DNA of 64,000 bases from Hydrurus foetidus (Eukaryota): NCBI GenBank assembly GCA_900617105.1, contig UYFQ01000001.1:1364001-1428000 (forward strand), given 5' to 3'. The position numbers and the translations under genes were made by a program. Positions within the stretch are counted from its first letter, which is position 1. Every line of letters starts with the position of its first letter. Below, piece after piece: positions 18,261 through 28,657 of this stretch. The notes below the pieces were generated by a model. It made no database searches. It worked only from the letters and a program-made list of their open reading frames with translations, and was not told where the DNA came from.

Positions 18261-20066
18261 ATGTACGCTGAATTCTTTGGCCTGAAACAAAGCCCCTTTT
18301 CGATCGCCCCCGATCCGCGCTATCTCTTCATGAGCGAGCGCCACCGGGAGGCTTTGGCGCATCTGCTCTACGGGCTGAAAACGGGCGGTGGCTTTGTGCT
18401 GCTGACGGGCGAAATCGGTGCCGGTAAAACCACCGTGTGCCGCTGCTTCCTGGAGCAAATTCCAGCGAACTGCAACATCGCCTACATCCTCAACCCTAAG
18501 CTTGATGCGCTCGAACTGCTGCAAACCATTTGCGACGAGTTCCATCTGCCCCACCCCGCACGCTCTGCGGGCCCCGAGACGGCCAAAGACTGCCTAGACC
18601 CGCTCAACGCCTATTTGCTGGACAGCCACGCCACGGGGCACAACAATGTGCTCATCATTGACGAGGCGCAAAACCTGTCGCCCGACGTGCTTGAGCAGCT
18701 GCGTTTGCTGACCAACCTGGAAACCAGCGAGCGCAAGCTGCTGCAAATCATCCTGATTGGTCAGCCTGAACTGCGCCGCATGATCGCCCAGCCTGAGTTG
18801 GAGCAACTGGCCCAGCGCGTCATCGCCCGCTTCCATCTGGGTGCACTGACCGAAGCTGAAACGGCAGGCTACATCGCCCACAGGCTAGGGGTGGCAGGCT
18901 TGGCCAGTGCAAATCCGTTCAAAAAAGCCGCCATGCAGCGCGTCCATCAGCTTGCACGTGGCATCCCCCGACGTATCAACCTGCTGTGCGACCGCGCCCT
19001 GCTCGGGGCTTACGTCAACAGCAGCAGCACCGTCGAGCGCCGCATGGTAGATCAAGCAGCCGGTGAGGTGTTTGACGATGGCAGCAGCCCTGTGGTTCAA
19101 CCCAGTACCAGCACAGCCTGGGGATCGTGGTCACAGCGCAAATTAGGCGCTTGCCTGGCAGGTATGGCCGTGGTTATTGCAAGCGCATTGTGGGGATGGA
19201 AGCTGTGGCCAAGTGCTGATACTTCCGCCAAAACAGCGGTCAGCCTGCCTGAAAAACCCGTTCCGAAATCAGTTGAAGTTGCTCCAAAAATCATAGCTTC
19301 TGTAGCACGTCCCTCCAGCGCAGCAAGTCAATCAGAGCCTCAAGAAGTTAAAGCAACCAACATCGCTGCCTCCCAGCCCGTGGCCGCAGCACCTGCCAGC
19401 AAATTCACAGCAGCCGACCTCACCACCCGCTTCACCCGCCCTGCCCGTGACGTGACCGACGCATGGCGCATTTTGGCCCCCGCCTGGAAGCTGCCCGCCA
19501 GCACCGGCGACACCTGCCAAGCCGCTGAGCGCAGCCAAGTCCATTGCTTTCGCATCAAAAACATCAGCTTGCCGCTGATCCAGCAACTCAACCGGCCCGG
19601 CATCATCACGCTGATGGACGACCGTCAAAAGCCGGTCTACGCAGTGCTTACCGGGTTGAACGACCAAGGTGCCAGCCTGCAAATGGGCACCGTCACGCAC
19701 ACCGTGTCGCTGGAATCCTTGACCCAGCTATGGCAGGGAGATTTCGCCACCTTCTGGCACGTGCCCCCTGGCTACGTCGCCAAAACCACAGCACCACCGG
19801 CCAAAGGCAAGGCCAGCGCCAAAGCCCCCCAAAGCTCGCGCGACAACGCAGTACCGGGCCTGGACTGGATCGCAGTCAAGCTGGCGCAACTCAACAACGA
19901 ACCCAAACCGACGGACAAAGCAACCTTGAATACCGCGCTGGTCGCCAAAATCAGAGCCTTCCAACTGGCGCATGGCCTCAAACCCGATGGTGTGGTGGGC
20001 GCGACCACCTTCATGCAACTCAACCGCGCAATCGGCGTGGCTGAGCCGCGTTTGCAGCCTCGCTAA
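18261..20066 (+). CDS. ExeA/GspA-family AAA ATPase with C-terminal peptidoglycan-binding domain
   Basis: FSIAPDPRYLF, GEIGAGKT, IIDEAQNL, LIGQPEL, GIPRRIN, FQLAHGLKPDGVVG. Confidence 0.9.
   Translation: MYAEFFGLKQSPFSIAPDPRYLFMSERHREALAHLLYGLKTGGGFVLLTGEIGAGKTTVCRCFLEQIPANCNIAYILNPKLDALELLQTICDEFHLPHPARSAGPETAKDCLDPLNAYLLDSHATGHNNVLIIDEAQNLSPDVLEQLRLLTNLETSERKLLQIILIGQPELRRMIAQPELEQLAQRVIARFHLGALTEAETAGYIAHRLGVAGLASANPFKKAAMQRVHQLARGIPRRINLLCDRALLGAYVNSSSTVERRMVDQAAGEVFDDGSSPVVQPSTSTAWGSWSQRKLGACLAGMAVVIASALWGWKLWPSADTSAKTAVSLPEKPVPKSVEVAPKIIASVARPSSAASQSEPQEVKATNIAASQPVAAAPASKFTAADLTTRFTRPARDVTDAWRILAPAWKLPASTGDTCQAAERSQVHCFRIKNISLPLIQQLNRPGIITLMDDRQKPVYAVLTGLNDQGASLQMGTVTHTVSLESLTQLWQGDFATFWHVPPGYVAKTTAPPAKGKASAKAPQSSRDNAVPGLDWIAVKLAQLNNEPKPTDKATLNTALVAKIRAFQLAHGLKPDGVVGATTFMQLNRAIGVAEPRLQPR
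19281..19334 (+). repeat. Motif copy 5 (exeA linker)
   Basis: GCTCCAAAAATCATAGC TTCTGT AGCACGTCCCTCCAGCG. Confidence 0.6.
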
Positions 20067-20090
20067 CGCGGCCAAGGCCACCACCCGCTT

Positions 20091-20810
20091 ATGTCGTACA
20101 TCCTGGATGCCCTGAGAAAGTCTGCCGCTGAACGTGAACGCGGCATGACACCGGGCCTGAACACCCCCACACCGGGGCCAGACTCCGAAGCCTTGGCCGC
20201 AGCACGGCATACCAAAATAGCCTTTTATGGGGCGATCAGCTTGGCCGTGCTGTTCTTGGCTGCCATCGTTTGGCTGCTGTTGACCCGCCCGGCACCAGCG
20301 ACCTATGCAGAGCCTCATGCAACGGCCATGCCCGTGTTGGCTCAACCCACATCTACATCTGCCCCGGCACAAGTGCCAGCGCCAGCAGCCCCCTTACTTG
20401 ACCCAGTACCCGAACCTGTCGCTATCGCTCCTACACGCATCCCTGACGCAGTGCCATCAGCCCTTGCCCTACCCCAAGCCACGGTAGCGATCAAACCCAA
20501 GCCACGGCGGGTCAAAGAAACCCAAGAAGCGCAGCCCCTAACAGCCTCTGCTGCCGTGTCGCCCACAGTCTATGAACCCCGCATCTACGCGGTCAGCGAA
20601 CTCCCTGACGAGGTACGCGCTACGCTGCCCAAGCTTGCCATCAGCGGCGCGGTATACGCAGAGACACCTGCCAACCGCATGTTGATCGTCAGCGGTCAGG
20701 TTTTCCGTGAGAACGATGAACCCACGCCCGGACTGCAAGTCGAGCACATCCGCCCCAAAGAAGCCATTTTGAAGTACCAAGGCTACCGCTACCGCCAAAG
20801 CTACCCGTGA
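20091..20810 (+). CDS. ExeB/GspB-family protein
   Basis: MSYILDALRKS N-terminus, TM helix, Pro-rich linker, C-terminal GspB-like domain. Confidence 0.85.
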   Translation: MSYILDALRKSAAERERGMTPGLNTPTPGPDSEALAAARHTKIAFYGAISLAVLFLAAIVWLLLTRPAPATYAEPHATAMPVLAQPTSTSAPAQVPAPAAPLLDPVPEPVAIAPTRIPDAVPSALALPQATVAIKPKPRRVKETQEAQPLTASAAVSPTVYEPRIYAVSELPDEVRATLPKLAISGAVYAETPANRMLIVSGQVFRENDEPTPGLQVEHIRPKEAILKYQGYRYRQSYP

Positions 20811-20889
20811 AAGTGCCACATGGGTGCGGCACGTTGATGTGGCACCACCTTGGCAGCAGTCAGGCCACGCAAAAAGAAGGAGACAAACC

Positions 20890-21918
20890 ATGCCCACACG
20901 CCCATCAGCCCCATCCACGCCCCTGATTTCACGCCGCAGCGCCGCCACCCAACTCGCTGCACTGGCCTTGTCCAGCGCCGTGCTGCCTCTGCAAGCACAG
21001 GCAGCCACCATGCTTCGCATCTCATCGCCTGCCCTGCCCGACGACTGGCACGGCAAGATGTGGACGGTCTTCAAAGAGCAGTTGGACAAAGCCGCCCCCG
21101 GCGAGTTCGACGTGCGCATCAACCTCAACGGCACGCTCTTCAAGCAAGGGACTGAGCCCACCGCGATGGCACGGGGAAACCTGGAACTCGCCACCGTCTC
21201 GGCCTTCGACATGGCCAAACTGCTGCCCGCGTTCTCCATCTTGACCGCCGGGTACATCCTGCGTGACCCCCAGCATCTGCAAAAGGTGCTGGCTGGCCCG
21301 ATTGGCGATGAGCTGTACAAAAGCGTGGCCGACAAGCTCGACATCACCATCCTCACCCCCCTCTACCTGGGCACACGGCAAATCAACCTGCGCGAAGCCC
21401 GCAGCGTCAAAACCCCGGCAGACCTCAAAGGCCTGAAGCTGCGCATGCCGGGCTCCAAAGAATGGCTGTTCCTAGGTGAAGCGTTAGGGGCCACGCCCAC
21501 CCCATTGGCGTTTGGCGAGGTCTACCTGGGCCTCAAAACCGGCACCATCGACGGCCAGGACAACCCCTTGCCCACCGTGCGTGCCGCCAAGTTTTACGAA
21601 GTCACCAAGCAAATCGTGCTGACCAGCCACTTGGTGGACAGCCTGTTCATCTCGGTCGCCAACAAGACCTGGAACGCACTGAGCGCCACGCAAAAGCAAA
21701 AACTCAAAGCTGCCGCTGTGGCAGCTGCGCAGTACAACAACGACAACCGTCTGAAAGAAGAAAGCCAGCTCGTGGACTACTTCAAGCAACAAGGTTTGAG
21801 CGTCACCACACCCGATGTGGATGCCTTCCACCGCAGCGTGCAGCAGGCGTACTTGAAATCAGACTACACCAAACAATGGCCACCAGGCTTGCTCGAACGC
21901 ATCAACGCAACGAAGTGA
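20890..21918 (+). CDS. TRAP transporter substrate-binding protein (DctP), probable Tat signal
   Basis: SRR signal, DLKGLKLRMP, EVYLGLKTGTIDGQDNP; GGAG RBS. Confidence 0.92.
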   Translation: MPTRPSAPSTPLISRRSAATQLAALALSSAVLPLQAQAATMLRISSPALPDDWHGKMWTVFKEQLDKAAPGEFDVRINLNGTLFKQGTEPTAMARGNLELATVSAFDMAKLLPAFSILTAGYILRDPQHLQKVLAGPIGDELYKSVADKLDITILTPLYLGTRQINLREARSVKTPADLKGLKLRMPGSKEWLFLGEALGATPTPLAFGEVYLGLKTGTIDGQDNPLPTVRAAKFYEVTKQIVLTSHLVDSLFISVANKTWNALSATQKQKLKAAAVAAAQYNNDNRLKEESQLVDYFKQQGLSVTTPDVDAFHRSVQQAYLKSDYTKQWPPGLLERINATK

Positions 21919-21942
21919 ACGCCATACGGTAAGCACCCGACA

Positions 21943-22392
21943 ATGAAAAAGCTCGCCGACACCATTGGCCTCGTTCTGTTTGCCAGTCTGTTTGGCGTCT
22001 TCGTGCTGCAAGTCGCGGCCCGCTTCGGTTTTAACCGCCCGCTGCCGTGGACAGACGAGCTGGCCGTGGTGCTCTACCTCTGGGCCATCCTGTGGGCTGC
22101 AGCCTTTATGGTGCCCGAACGCGAGCATGTGGCCTTTGATTTGCTGACCAATTCGCTCCCCCCCCGCGCACAGCGCATCACCACCGCGCTGGGCACGCTC
22201 ACCGTAGGCGCACTGGCCGCCTGGGCCTTGCCTGCCACATGGGACTACGTGCGCTTCATGGCACGCGAAGGCACGCCAGTGCTGGGCTTGCCGTTCATGG
22301 CGGTGTTCATGCCGTTTGTTTTTTTGATGCTGGTGCTGGTGTGGCGTGGCCTCAAAGCTGTACAGGTGCTGTTTGAGGAAATCACTCAATGA
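21943..22392 (+). CDS. TRAP small permease (DctQ)
   Basis: 4 TM, WTDEL, HVAFD motifs. Confidence 0.88.
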   Translation: MKKLADTIGLVLFASLFGVFVLQVAARFGFNRPLPWTDELAVVLYLWAILWAAAFMVPEREHVAFDLLTNSLPPRAQRITTALGTLTVGALAAWALPATWDYVRFMAREGTPVLGLPFMAVFMPFVFLMLVLVWRGLKAVQVLFEEITQ

Positions 22393-23708
22393 ACACAGCA
22401 CTCCCCTTCAGCCCAGCCTTAGCCGTGATGCTCGCCGCCCTGGTCGGCCTGATGCTGGTGCGCGTGCCCATCGCGTTCGCCATGCTGGCTTCTGGCTTCG
22501 CCTACCTGATCGTCAAGCAGCAGGATTTGGCGCTGGTGGTCGAACAGGTGGGCAACGGCCTGTACAACAGCTACGTGCTGCTGGCCGTGCCCCTGTTTGT
22601 GCTGGCCGCGAACTTGATGAATGCGGGCACTGTGAGCGAACGTATTTTCGACTTTTGTCGCATTTTGGTGGGCCGGTGGCGTGGTGGTTTGGCGCAGGTG
22701 GACGTGCTGGTCAGCGTGATTTTTTCAGGCATGAGCGGCAGCGCCATCGCTGATGCTGCGGGCCCCGGCCTTGTCACCATCCAGCAAATGCTGAAAAAAC
22801 CCGAATACAGCCCCGGCTTTGCTGGCGCGATTGTGGTCGCCAGCGCCACCATCGGCCCCATCATCCCGCCCTCCATCCCTATGGTGATTTACGCCCTGGT
22901 GTCCGGCTCATCGGTAGGGGCACTGTTCCTGGCGGGTGTCGTGCCTGGCTTGTTAATGGCCGTGGTGCTGATGGTGGCTGTTCACATCATCGCCGTGCGC
23001 AAAAACATGCCGCGTGAAGCCCCCGTGCCCCGCGCTGAATGGCCCAACATCCTGCTGCGTGGTGCCCTGCCCTTGTCTCTGCCCATCGTTTTGCTGACCG
23101 GCATTTACTCCGGCGCTTTCACCCCCACCGAAGCCGCCGCCGTCGCCGCACTGCACGCGCTGGTGCTGGCTGGCGTGGTGTACCGTGCCTTGAGCTGGCG
23201 CAGTCTGGCCGCCGTGTTCCTGGAGTCCACCCGCGCCAGCGCCATCATCACGATGGTAATTGCAGGCTCGTTCATCCTCAACTACGCCTTCACCTCGGAA
23301 GGCGTGCCGCAAGCGCTCGCCACCTGGGTCAGCGCACAGCAGCTGTCACCGTTGCAATTTTTGCTGCTGGTGAACGCCGTATTTTTGGTGCTGGGCTGCT
23401 TTTTGGACACCTCGGTGATGCTGCTCGTCTTCGTGCCCATGCTGCTGCCCACCGCCAAGGTTCTGGGTATCGACCTGGTTCACTTCGGCGTGGTCGTCAT
23501 CGTGAACATGATGATCGGCCTCATCACCCCACCCTTCGGCATGCTGCTGTTCGTCACCAATGCACTGACCGGCATCCCGATCAAGGCGATGCTGCGCGAA
23601 GGCTGGCTTTTTTTGGTGATGCTGCTGCTGCTGCTGCTGGCGATGACGCTGTTTCCGCAGCTGGTGCTGTGGCTGCCGCAGACGATGGGGTATGGGACGA
23701 CTCAGTAA
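22389..23708 (+). CDS. TRAP large permease (DctM)
   Basis: GMSGSAIAD, IIPPSIPM, TPTEAA, GLITPPFG. Confidence 0.93.
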   Translation: MNTALPFSPALAVMLAALVGLMLVRVPIAFAMLASGFAYLIVKQQDLALVVEQVGNGLYNSYVLLAVPLFVLAANLMNAGTVSERIFDFCRILVGRWRGGLAQVDVLVSVIFSGMSGSAIADAAGPGLVTIQQMLKKPEYSPGFAGAIVVASATIGPIIPPSIPMVIYALVSGSSVGALFLAGVVPGLLMAVVLMVAVHIIAVRKNMPREAPVPRAEWPNILLRGALPLSLPIVLLTGIYSGAFTPTEAAAVAALHALVLAGVVYRALSWRSLAAVFLESTRASAIITMVIAGSFILNYAFTSEGVPQALATWVSAQQLSPLQFLLLVNAVFLVLGCFLDTSVMLLVFVPMLLPTAKVLGIDLVHFGVVVIVNMMIGLITPPFGMLLFVTNALTGIPIKAMLREGWLFLVMLLLLLLAMTLFPQLVLWLPQTMGYGTTQ

Positions 23709-23791
23709 GGGCTTGCGTTAAAGCAACGCAGGCAACTGGGAACTTGATTCTGCCCACAAATGGACTGAAACTCAGTTCAACTCAGTTCAAT

Positions 23792-26113
23792 TTACGACTT
23801 AGCAGCAGGTTTGGGATTTTCCGCAAAGAAGTCAGGCAAGTCCACGTCAATGGAATGCATACCAAGCACCGCAGACTGAAGTGCCTCTGGCTTATTCGTC
23901 GCTGGGTCGAATAAATGCATGGCTGCCGGTTCTGAAAGTGAGAAATCCAATAAAGGCAAATCGACAGGTGCTGAATGCACAGGCAGCTCCGTCAATACAG
24001 ACACCGTGGGTGGCGGCATCATGCTTTCAAGCTCAAACAGATCCACATCCAAGCCCAAATTAGGAGATGGTTTTGGCAATCTAAAGCCAGTTTCCACAGT
24101 ATTACCACCAATCACTACAGTGTCAGATTGCACGCGCGTTACTGCATCAAAGAAAGAAGACTGCGCGGGTAACTTCGAACTGGCAAATTGAGACGGCACT
24201 GAACCGAAATCGAGCAAGGGGTCGTGCAGTGGATCAAGTGGTGATCTCAATGCGGCATGACCGGATGCCCCGGCACCCGTGCTCGCCTCTACAACTGCAT
24301 TGGCGATCGAAAACAAGAGCAACAGCTCACGATAGGCTTCTAAATCAAAGGCTTCGCTATCGTCGATCTCAGGCTTACGGAAAATACAGTCTTGTAAAAT
24401 CTGGGTAGCGTGAGGCGTTTTCCAAGCCGCTTCAATGCGGGCCATGGCTGTAGGGTAACGCTCAATACCTCGATTTTGTTGGCTGAATTGGTCAAAGGGT
24501 GGAACTTTAGCGTTGAAGGAATGGTTGAACTCATCGCGCAACTGGTCGTATTCTTGGCGGCGGTTGAATTTATGGTAGAGCTGAAGTAAATCCAGATAAG
24601 CCAAGCCACTGGTGCTGGTTGCACCGTAAATATGTTGGCGCAACAGCTCTATCGCCTGCTCGTGCTGGCCTAAAGACACAAAAAATTCAGCCTGCTGCTG
24701 AATATCAAACAGCTCTTCTACGTTGACGGACTTTGCACCCATGGTGCTGTGTTGAAAACCACTGCGTGGCGAGAACATCGAGTCTGGTGGTGGTGTTTGA
24801 CGCGACACCTTGCGTACAACTGTTGGCGTTTTGGCTTTAAGACTGTCAAAAATCGATTCATCCACACCCAAATCGACATCGGGTGAGCGCGTTGATTTGT
24901 TACTGCCTGCATCGCGCCCTCGCACACTTGCACGGGCCGTGGTTTGCATGGGTGCCAAATCACTCAAAATACTGGGTTCAACGCTTTCGCTGCGCCACCA
25001 GTCTTTACCGGCACTGCTCCCGCCCAAACGGCGCATCCGAATCCACAGGTAGGTGGCACCGGCCAATGCACAAACAAGCAATGCGGCAAGCAGGCCAACG
25101 ACACCGTTGGTGTAGCGATCTTCTTCGGCTTGGGCTAATTGGCCTTTTAAGGCATTTTGTGCAGCTTGGTTTTTAGCGGTTGTGGCTTGCAAAGTTTTGA
25201 GTTGTGCCTCCAGGGCTTGCGTGCTCTTTGGGTCTTCTGCAGGGGCATTTTGGGCATTCAAACTGCGCCAAAGTGCCTTGGCTTCAGCCCGTGCAGGATC
25301 GCTGTCAGCGGCAACTGGCACCGTGACCAACTCCCATGACGATTTCAATCCTGAAGCGCTTGCAGGCAATGGCTCTAAGGTTAGCCGTGGTTTCGAAGTC
25401 GCCGATGCCGCTGAAGCACCCGAATTACTGGCCAACACGTCCGGAGATGAGGGCGGTTTAACAGCAGAGGCTGGCGCAGCCAATGGCACCATCTTCACCT
25501 TAGGTCTAGGGCTGGCCACAGTCTTGGTCGCCAGCGGTGCCACTTTTTTAACGGCTGGTGCTACCTTGGTGGCAGGCACAGACACCTTGGCCGGAAGTGC
25601 AGAAGGGGCTGACATGAGAGGCCCAATGGGCACACCGGGTGTTTCGCTCACGCGCGGCAGAACGGGCAATGCCACCACGGCTGGCGCTACAGCCTCCACC
25701 GGGAAATCAGCAAGTAACAAATAACGACGCTCTACTTTTTGCGTGCAACCCACGCGCACCGTGATGCTGACCATCGGCTCATCCACGATCACTGTGGACT
25801 GGATACGCAATGCACCTTCGCCTTTGGCATCTGGAGCTTCCCAACTGCTGCGCACCCGTGAACCATCCACTCGGTTGTCCGCGTAGTAAAGCTCGACAGC
25901 CGTACAGACGGCAGAAGCAGCATCACCCGCGTCCAACTGCACCGGCACAGTCACGTTCACGGTCTTGCCGACCAGCACGGCACCACGCACGTTGCCAATG
26001 GTCAAAGCGTGACCAGACAGCGTGGCAAAACCAAGGCCGATGCTGAGGGATAGATTTCTAAGAGTGGGCAAAATAAACGAAGTAGGTTGCGAAGTAGGTT
26101 GAGACGCTGTCAT
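23792..26113 (-). CDS. FimV/HubP-like polar landmark protein (degenerate)
   Basis: Signal peptide ending HALTIG, N-terminal domain ending RRYLLLADFP, low-complexity linker, coiled coil, TM, QQAEFFVSLG TPR-like region, acidic tail. Confidence 0.7.
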   Translation of the reverse strand: MTASQPTSQPTSFILPTLRNLSLSIGLGFATLSGHALTIGNVRGAVLVGKTVNVTVPVQLDAGDAASAVCTAVELYYADNRVDGSRVRSSWEAPDAKGEGALRIQSTVIVDEPMVSITVRVGCTQKVERRYLLLADFPVEAVAPAVVALPVLPRVSETPGVPIGPLMSAPSALPAKVSVPATKVAPAVKKVAPLATKTVASPRPKVKMVPLAAPASAVKPPSSPDVLASNSGASAASATSKPRLTLEPLPASASGLKSSWELVTVPVAADSDPARAEAKALWRSLNAQNAPAEDPKSTQALEAQLKTLQATTAKNQAAQNALKGQLAQAEEDRYTNGVVGLLAALLVCALAGATYLWIRMRRLGGSSAGKDWWRSESVEPSILSDLAPMQTTARASVRGRDAGSNKSTRSPDVDLGVDESIFDSLKAKTPTVVRKVSRQTPPPDSMFSPRSGFQHSTMGAKSVNVEELFDIQQQAEFFVSLGQHEQAIELLRQHIYGATSTSGLAYLDLLQLYHKFNRRQEYDQLRDEFNHSFNAKVPPFDQFSQQNRGIERYPTAMARIEAAWKTPHATQILQDCIFRKPEIDDSEAFDLEAYRELLLLFSIANAVVEASTGAGASGHAALRSPLDPLHDPLLDFGSVPSQFASSKLPAQSSFFDAVTRVQSDTVVIGGNTVETGFRLPKPSPNLGLDVDLFELESMMPPPTVSVLTELPVHSAPVDLPLLDFSLSEPAAMHLFDPATNKPEALQSAVLGMHSIDVDLPDFFAENPKPAAKS

Positions 26114-26170
26114 TGCACAAATGATTTTCGCATACCAATCCTCGCCAATACTTGCAGCATAATTAAATTC

Positions 26171-27691
26171 ATGAACACCCTATACAAGATTGTTGGATTA
26201 GTGGGAACCGGTGCCATGGGCCGGGGTATTGCGCAGCTGGCAGCACAGGCCGGTAGCACGGTAAAACTGTACGACACACAGGCGCAAGCAGCAACAAAAG
26301 CGCAAGAAGCCCTTTTCACACAATGGGACAAATTGCTAGACAAAGGCCGCCTGGACGCGGAACAAGTGGGCCACTATAAAGCTCGTTTGGTGATTGCCAC
26401 ACGTTTGGCTGATTTGGCAGATTGCGACTTGATCGTCGAAGCTATTGTGGAAAAACTGGAGGTCAAGAAAGGCTTGTTTGCCGAACTTGAAACCCTGATC
26501 GCGGCCCATGCTGTGCTTGCGACCAACACATCCTCTCTGTCGATCACCGCCATCGCCGCAGGCTTAAAGCGCCCCGAGCAGGTGGCAGGCTTTCACTTCT
26601 TCAACCCTGTGCCTTTGATGAAGGTGGTGGAAGTCATTGCTGGCCTGAAAACCGACCCAGAAGTCTGCACCAACCTCACCCAATACGCCCGTCAAATGGG
26701 CCACACACCTGTGATGGCGCAAGACACACCCGGTTTTATCGTCAACCATGCTGGCCGTGGCTACGGCACCGAGGCGCTGCGCATCGTCAGCGAAGGCATC
26801 AGCGATTTCGCCACCATTGACCGTATTCTGCGTGACCAAGTGGGTTTCAAACTCGGTCCTTTCGAGCTGATGGACTTGACCGCACTCGACGTGTCCCACC
26901 CCGTGATGGAATCCATCTACCACCAGTATTTTGAAGAAGCTCGCTACCGCCCCAGCGTCATCACCGCCCAGCGTTTGGCCGGTGGTGTAGTTGGCAAAAA
27001 AGTCGGTGAAGGTTTTTACAAGTACGTGAACGGCGTCGCGCAGATCCCCTCCGAGCCCGCAGTACCCGTCGTGGAAAACATGCCCCCCGTTTGGCTGTCG
27101 CCCCGCGCATCACGCCGGGCTGAGCTGTTGCAGTTGCTCAAAGATTTGGGTGCCACCATCGAGACCGGTGTCAGCCCCTCGCCCAATGCATTGACACTGG
27201 TCGCGCCCTTGGGTTTCGACATCACCACCGTCGCCGTGGTCGAACGCCTAGACCCCGCACGCACCGTTGGTATCGACATGCTCATTGACGACGCCGCCAC
27301 CAAGCGTCGCGTGCTGGCCACCAACCCCGCAACCCGCATCGACATGCGCGACGCCGCCCACGCGCTGTTTGCCCGTGACGGCAAGCCCGTCAGCGTGATT
27401 CGCGACAGCGGTGGTTTTGTCACTCAGCGGGTGGTAGCCACTATTGTTAATATAGCATCCGACATATGCCAGCAGGGCGTATGCAGCCCAAATGACCTTG
27501 AAGTGGCCGTCACACTCGGTTTGGGCTACCCGCTCGGACCATTGGCCATGGGCGACCGCTACGGCCCTACCAACGTGCTGGAAGTGCTGTTCAACATGCA
27601 GACCGTCTACGGTGACCAACGCTACCGCCCCAGCCCTTGGCTGCGCCGTCGCGGTGCAATTGGCTTGAGCCTGATGCACACCGAAGGCTGA
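26171..27691 (+). CDS. 3-hydroxyacyl-CoA dehydrogenase (PaaH-like)
   Basis: GTGAMGRG, ATNTSSL, HFFNP, PGFIVN, duplicated C-domain. Confidence 0.92.
   Translation: MNTLYKIVGLVGTGAMGRGIAQLAAQAGSTVKLYDTQAQAATKAQEALFTQWDKLLDKGRLDAEQVGHYKARLVIATRLADLADCDLIVEAIVEKLEVKKGLFAELETLIAAHAVLATNTSSLSITAIAAGLKRPEQVAGFHFFNPVPLMKVVEVIAGLKTDPEVCTNLTQYARQMGHTPVMAQDTPGFIVNHAGRGYGTEALRIVSEGISDFATIDRILRDQVGFKLGPFELMDLTALDVSHPVMESIYHQYFEEARYRPSVITAQRLAGGVVGKKVGEGFYKYVNGVAQIPSEPAVPVVENMPPVWLSPRASRRAELLQLLKDLGATIETGVSPSPNALTLVAPLGFDITTVAVVERLDPARTVGIDMLIDDAATKRRVLATNPATRIDMRDAAHALFARDGKPVSVIRDSGGFVTQRVVATIVNIASDICQQGVCSPNDLEVAVTLGLGYPLGPLAMGDRYGPTNVLEVLFNMQTVYGDQRYRPSPWLRRRGAIGLSLMHTEG
27440..27493 (+). repeat. Motif copy 6 (inside hydroxyacyl-CoA dehydrogenase)
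   Basis: ACTATTGTTAATATAGC ATCCGA CATATGCCAGCAGGGCG. Confidence 0.55.
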
Positions 27692-27725
27692 GCATCCCCC
27701 CGCGTCAACCCTGCAACAACCCACG

Positions 27726-27756
27726 AAGCCGCTGAATCCGTTCAGCGGCTTTTTTC
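27726..27756 (+). terminator. Rho-independent terminator
   Basis: AAGCCGCTGAA-TCCG-TTCAGCGGCTT followed by T run. Confidence 0.85.
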
Positions 27757-27851
27757 ATGCACAGCACAGACACGCAAGCGACAACCCTGATGGCAGCGGT
27801 TCGTCCCAGACGTGACAATCATCAGCTTCTCAGTCACTCATAAGACAGCCA

Positions 27852-28571
27852 ATGGATGATCCTATTCTTACCATCGAAGAACGTGAAGCGATTAATTCTG
27901 GTCGCTGGTTTTCCTCACTTTCTCCCTCACTCCGACACGACATTCTTCGATGCGCTTACGTCAAACGATACAAAGACGGCGAACTGATTTGCGCCCGTGG
28001 CGAGCCACCCGAAGAGTGGATCGCCTGTGCCAAGGGTGCCGTGCGGGTCAGCTCCACGTCCATCTCTGGCAAGCAGATCACGTTGACATATGTGGAGCCG
28101 GGCATTTGGTTCGGCGATGTGGCGATCTTCGACGGCGACCGGCGCACGCACGACGGTTATGCGCACGGCGACAGCACGATTCTGTGCGTGGCCAAAGCCG
28201 ACTTCAAGAAAATCCTGGCGCTGCATGTCGAGCTGTACGAAGCCATGCTGCGCTTGCACGCACGCCGTATCCGTCAGCTGTTTGGTTTGGTAGAAGATTT
28301 GAATACCCTGCCCTTGCGTGCCCGTTTGGCCAAGCAACTGGTTCACTTGGTACGCAGCTACGGCGTACCCAGTTTGTCGGAAGCCAGCGAAATGCGTATC
28401 AGCTTGCAACTGGCGCAAGAAGAGTTGGCGCAATTGCTGGGGGCCTCACGCCAGCGCGTCAACCAAGAGCTGAAAGCGATGGAGCGCGAGAACATGATTC
28501 GCATCGAGCCGGGTGGCTTGGTGATACGCAACCGCGATGCCTTGATGCGCATCTCAGCAGCCGAAAACTGA
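27852..28571 (+). CDS. Crp/Fnr-family transcriptional regulator
   Basis: cNMP domain (WFGD..RTH) and HTH QEELAQLLGASRQRVNQEL. Confidence 0.92.
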   Translation: MDDPILTIEEREAINSGRWFSSLSPSLRHDILRCAYVKRYKDGELICARGEPPEEWIACAKGAVRVSSTSISGKQITLTYVEPGIWFGDVAIFDGDRRTHDGYAHGDSTILCVAKADFKKILALHVELYEAMLRLHARRIRQLFGLVEDLNTLPLRARLAKQLVHLVRSYGVPSLSEASEMRISLQLAQEELAQLLGASRQRVNQELKAMERENMIRIEPGGLVIRNRDALMRISAAEN

Positions 28572-28657
28572 AGCACACGGCCAACGGCGTCGATGCCATC
28601 AACGCTATCCGCGTCCACGGCACCCGATAACGACATACAGACGAGACACAGCCCCCT

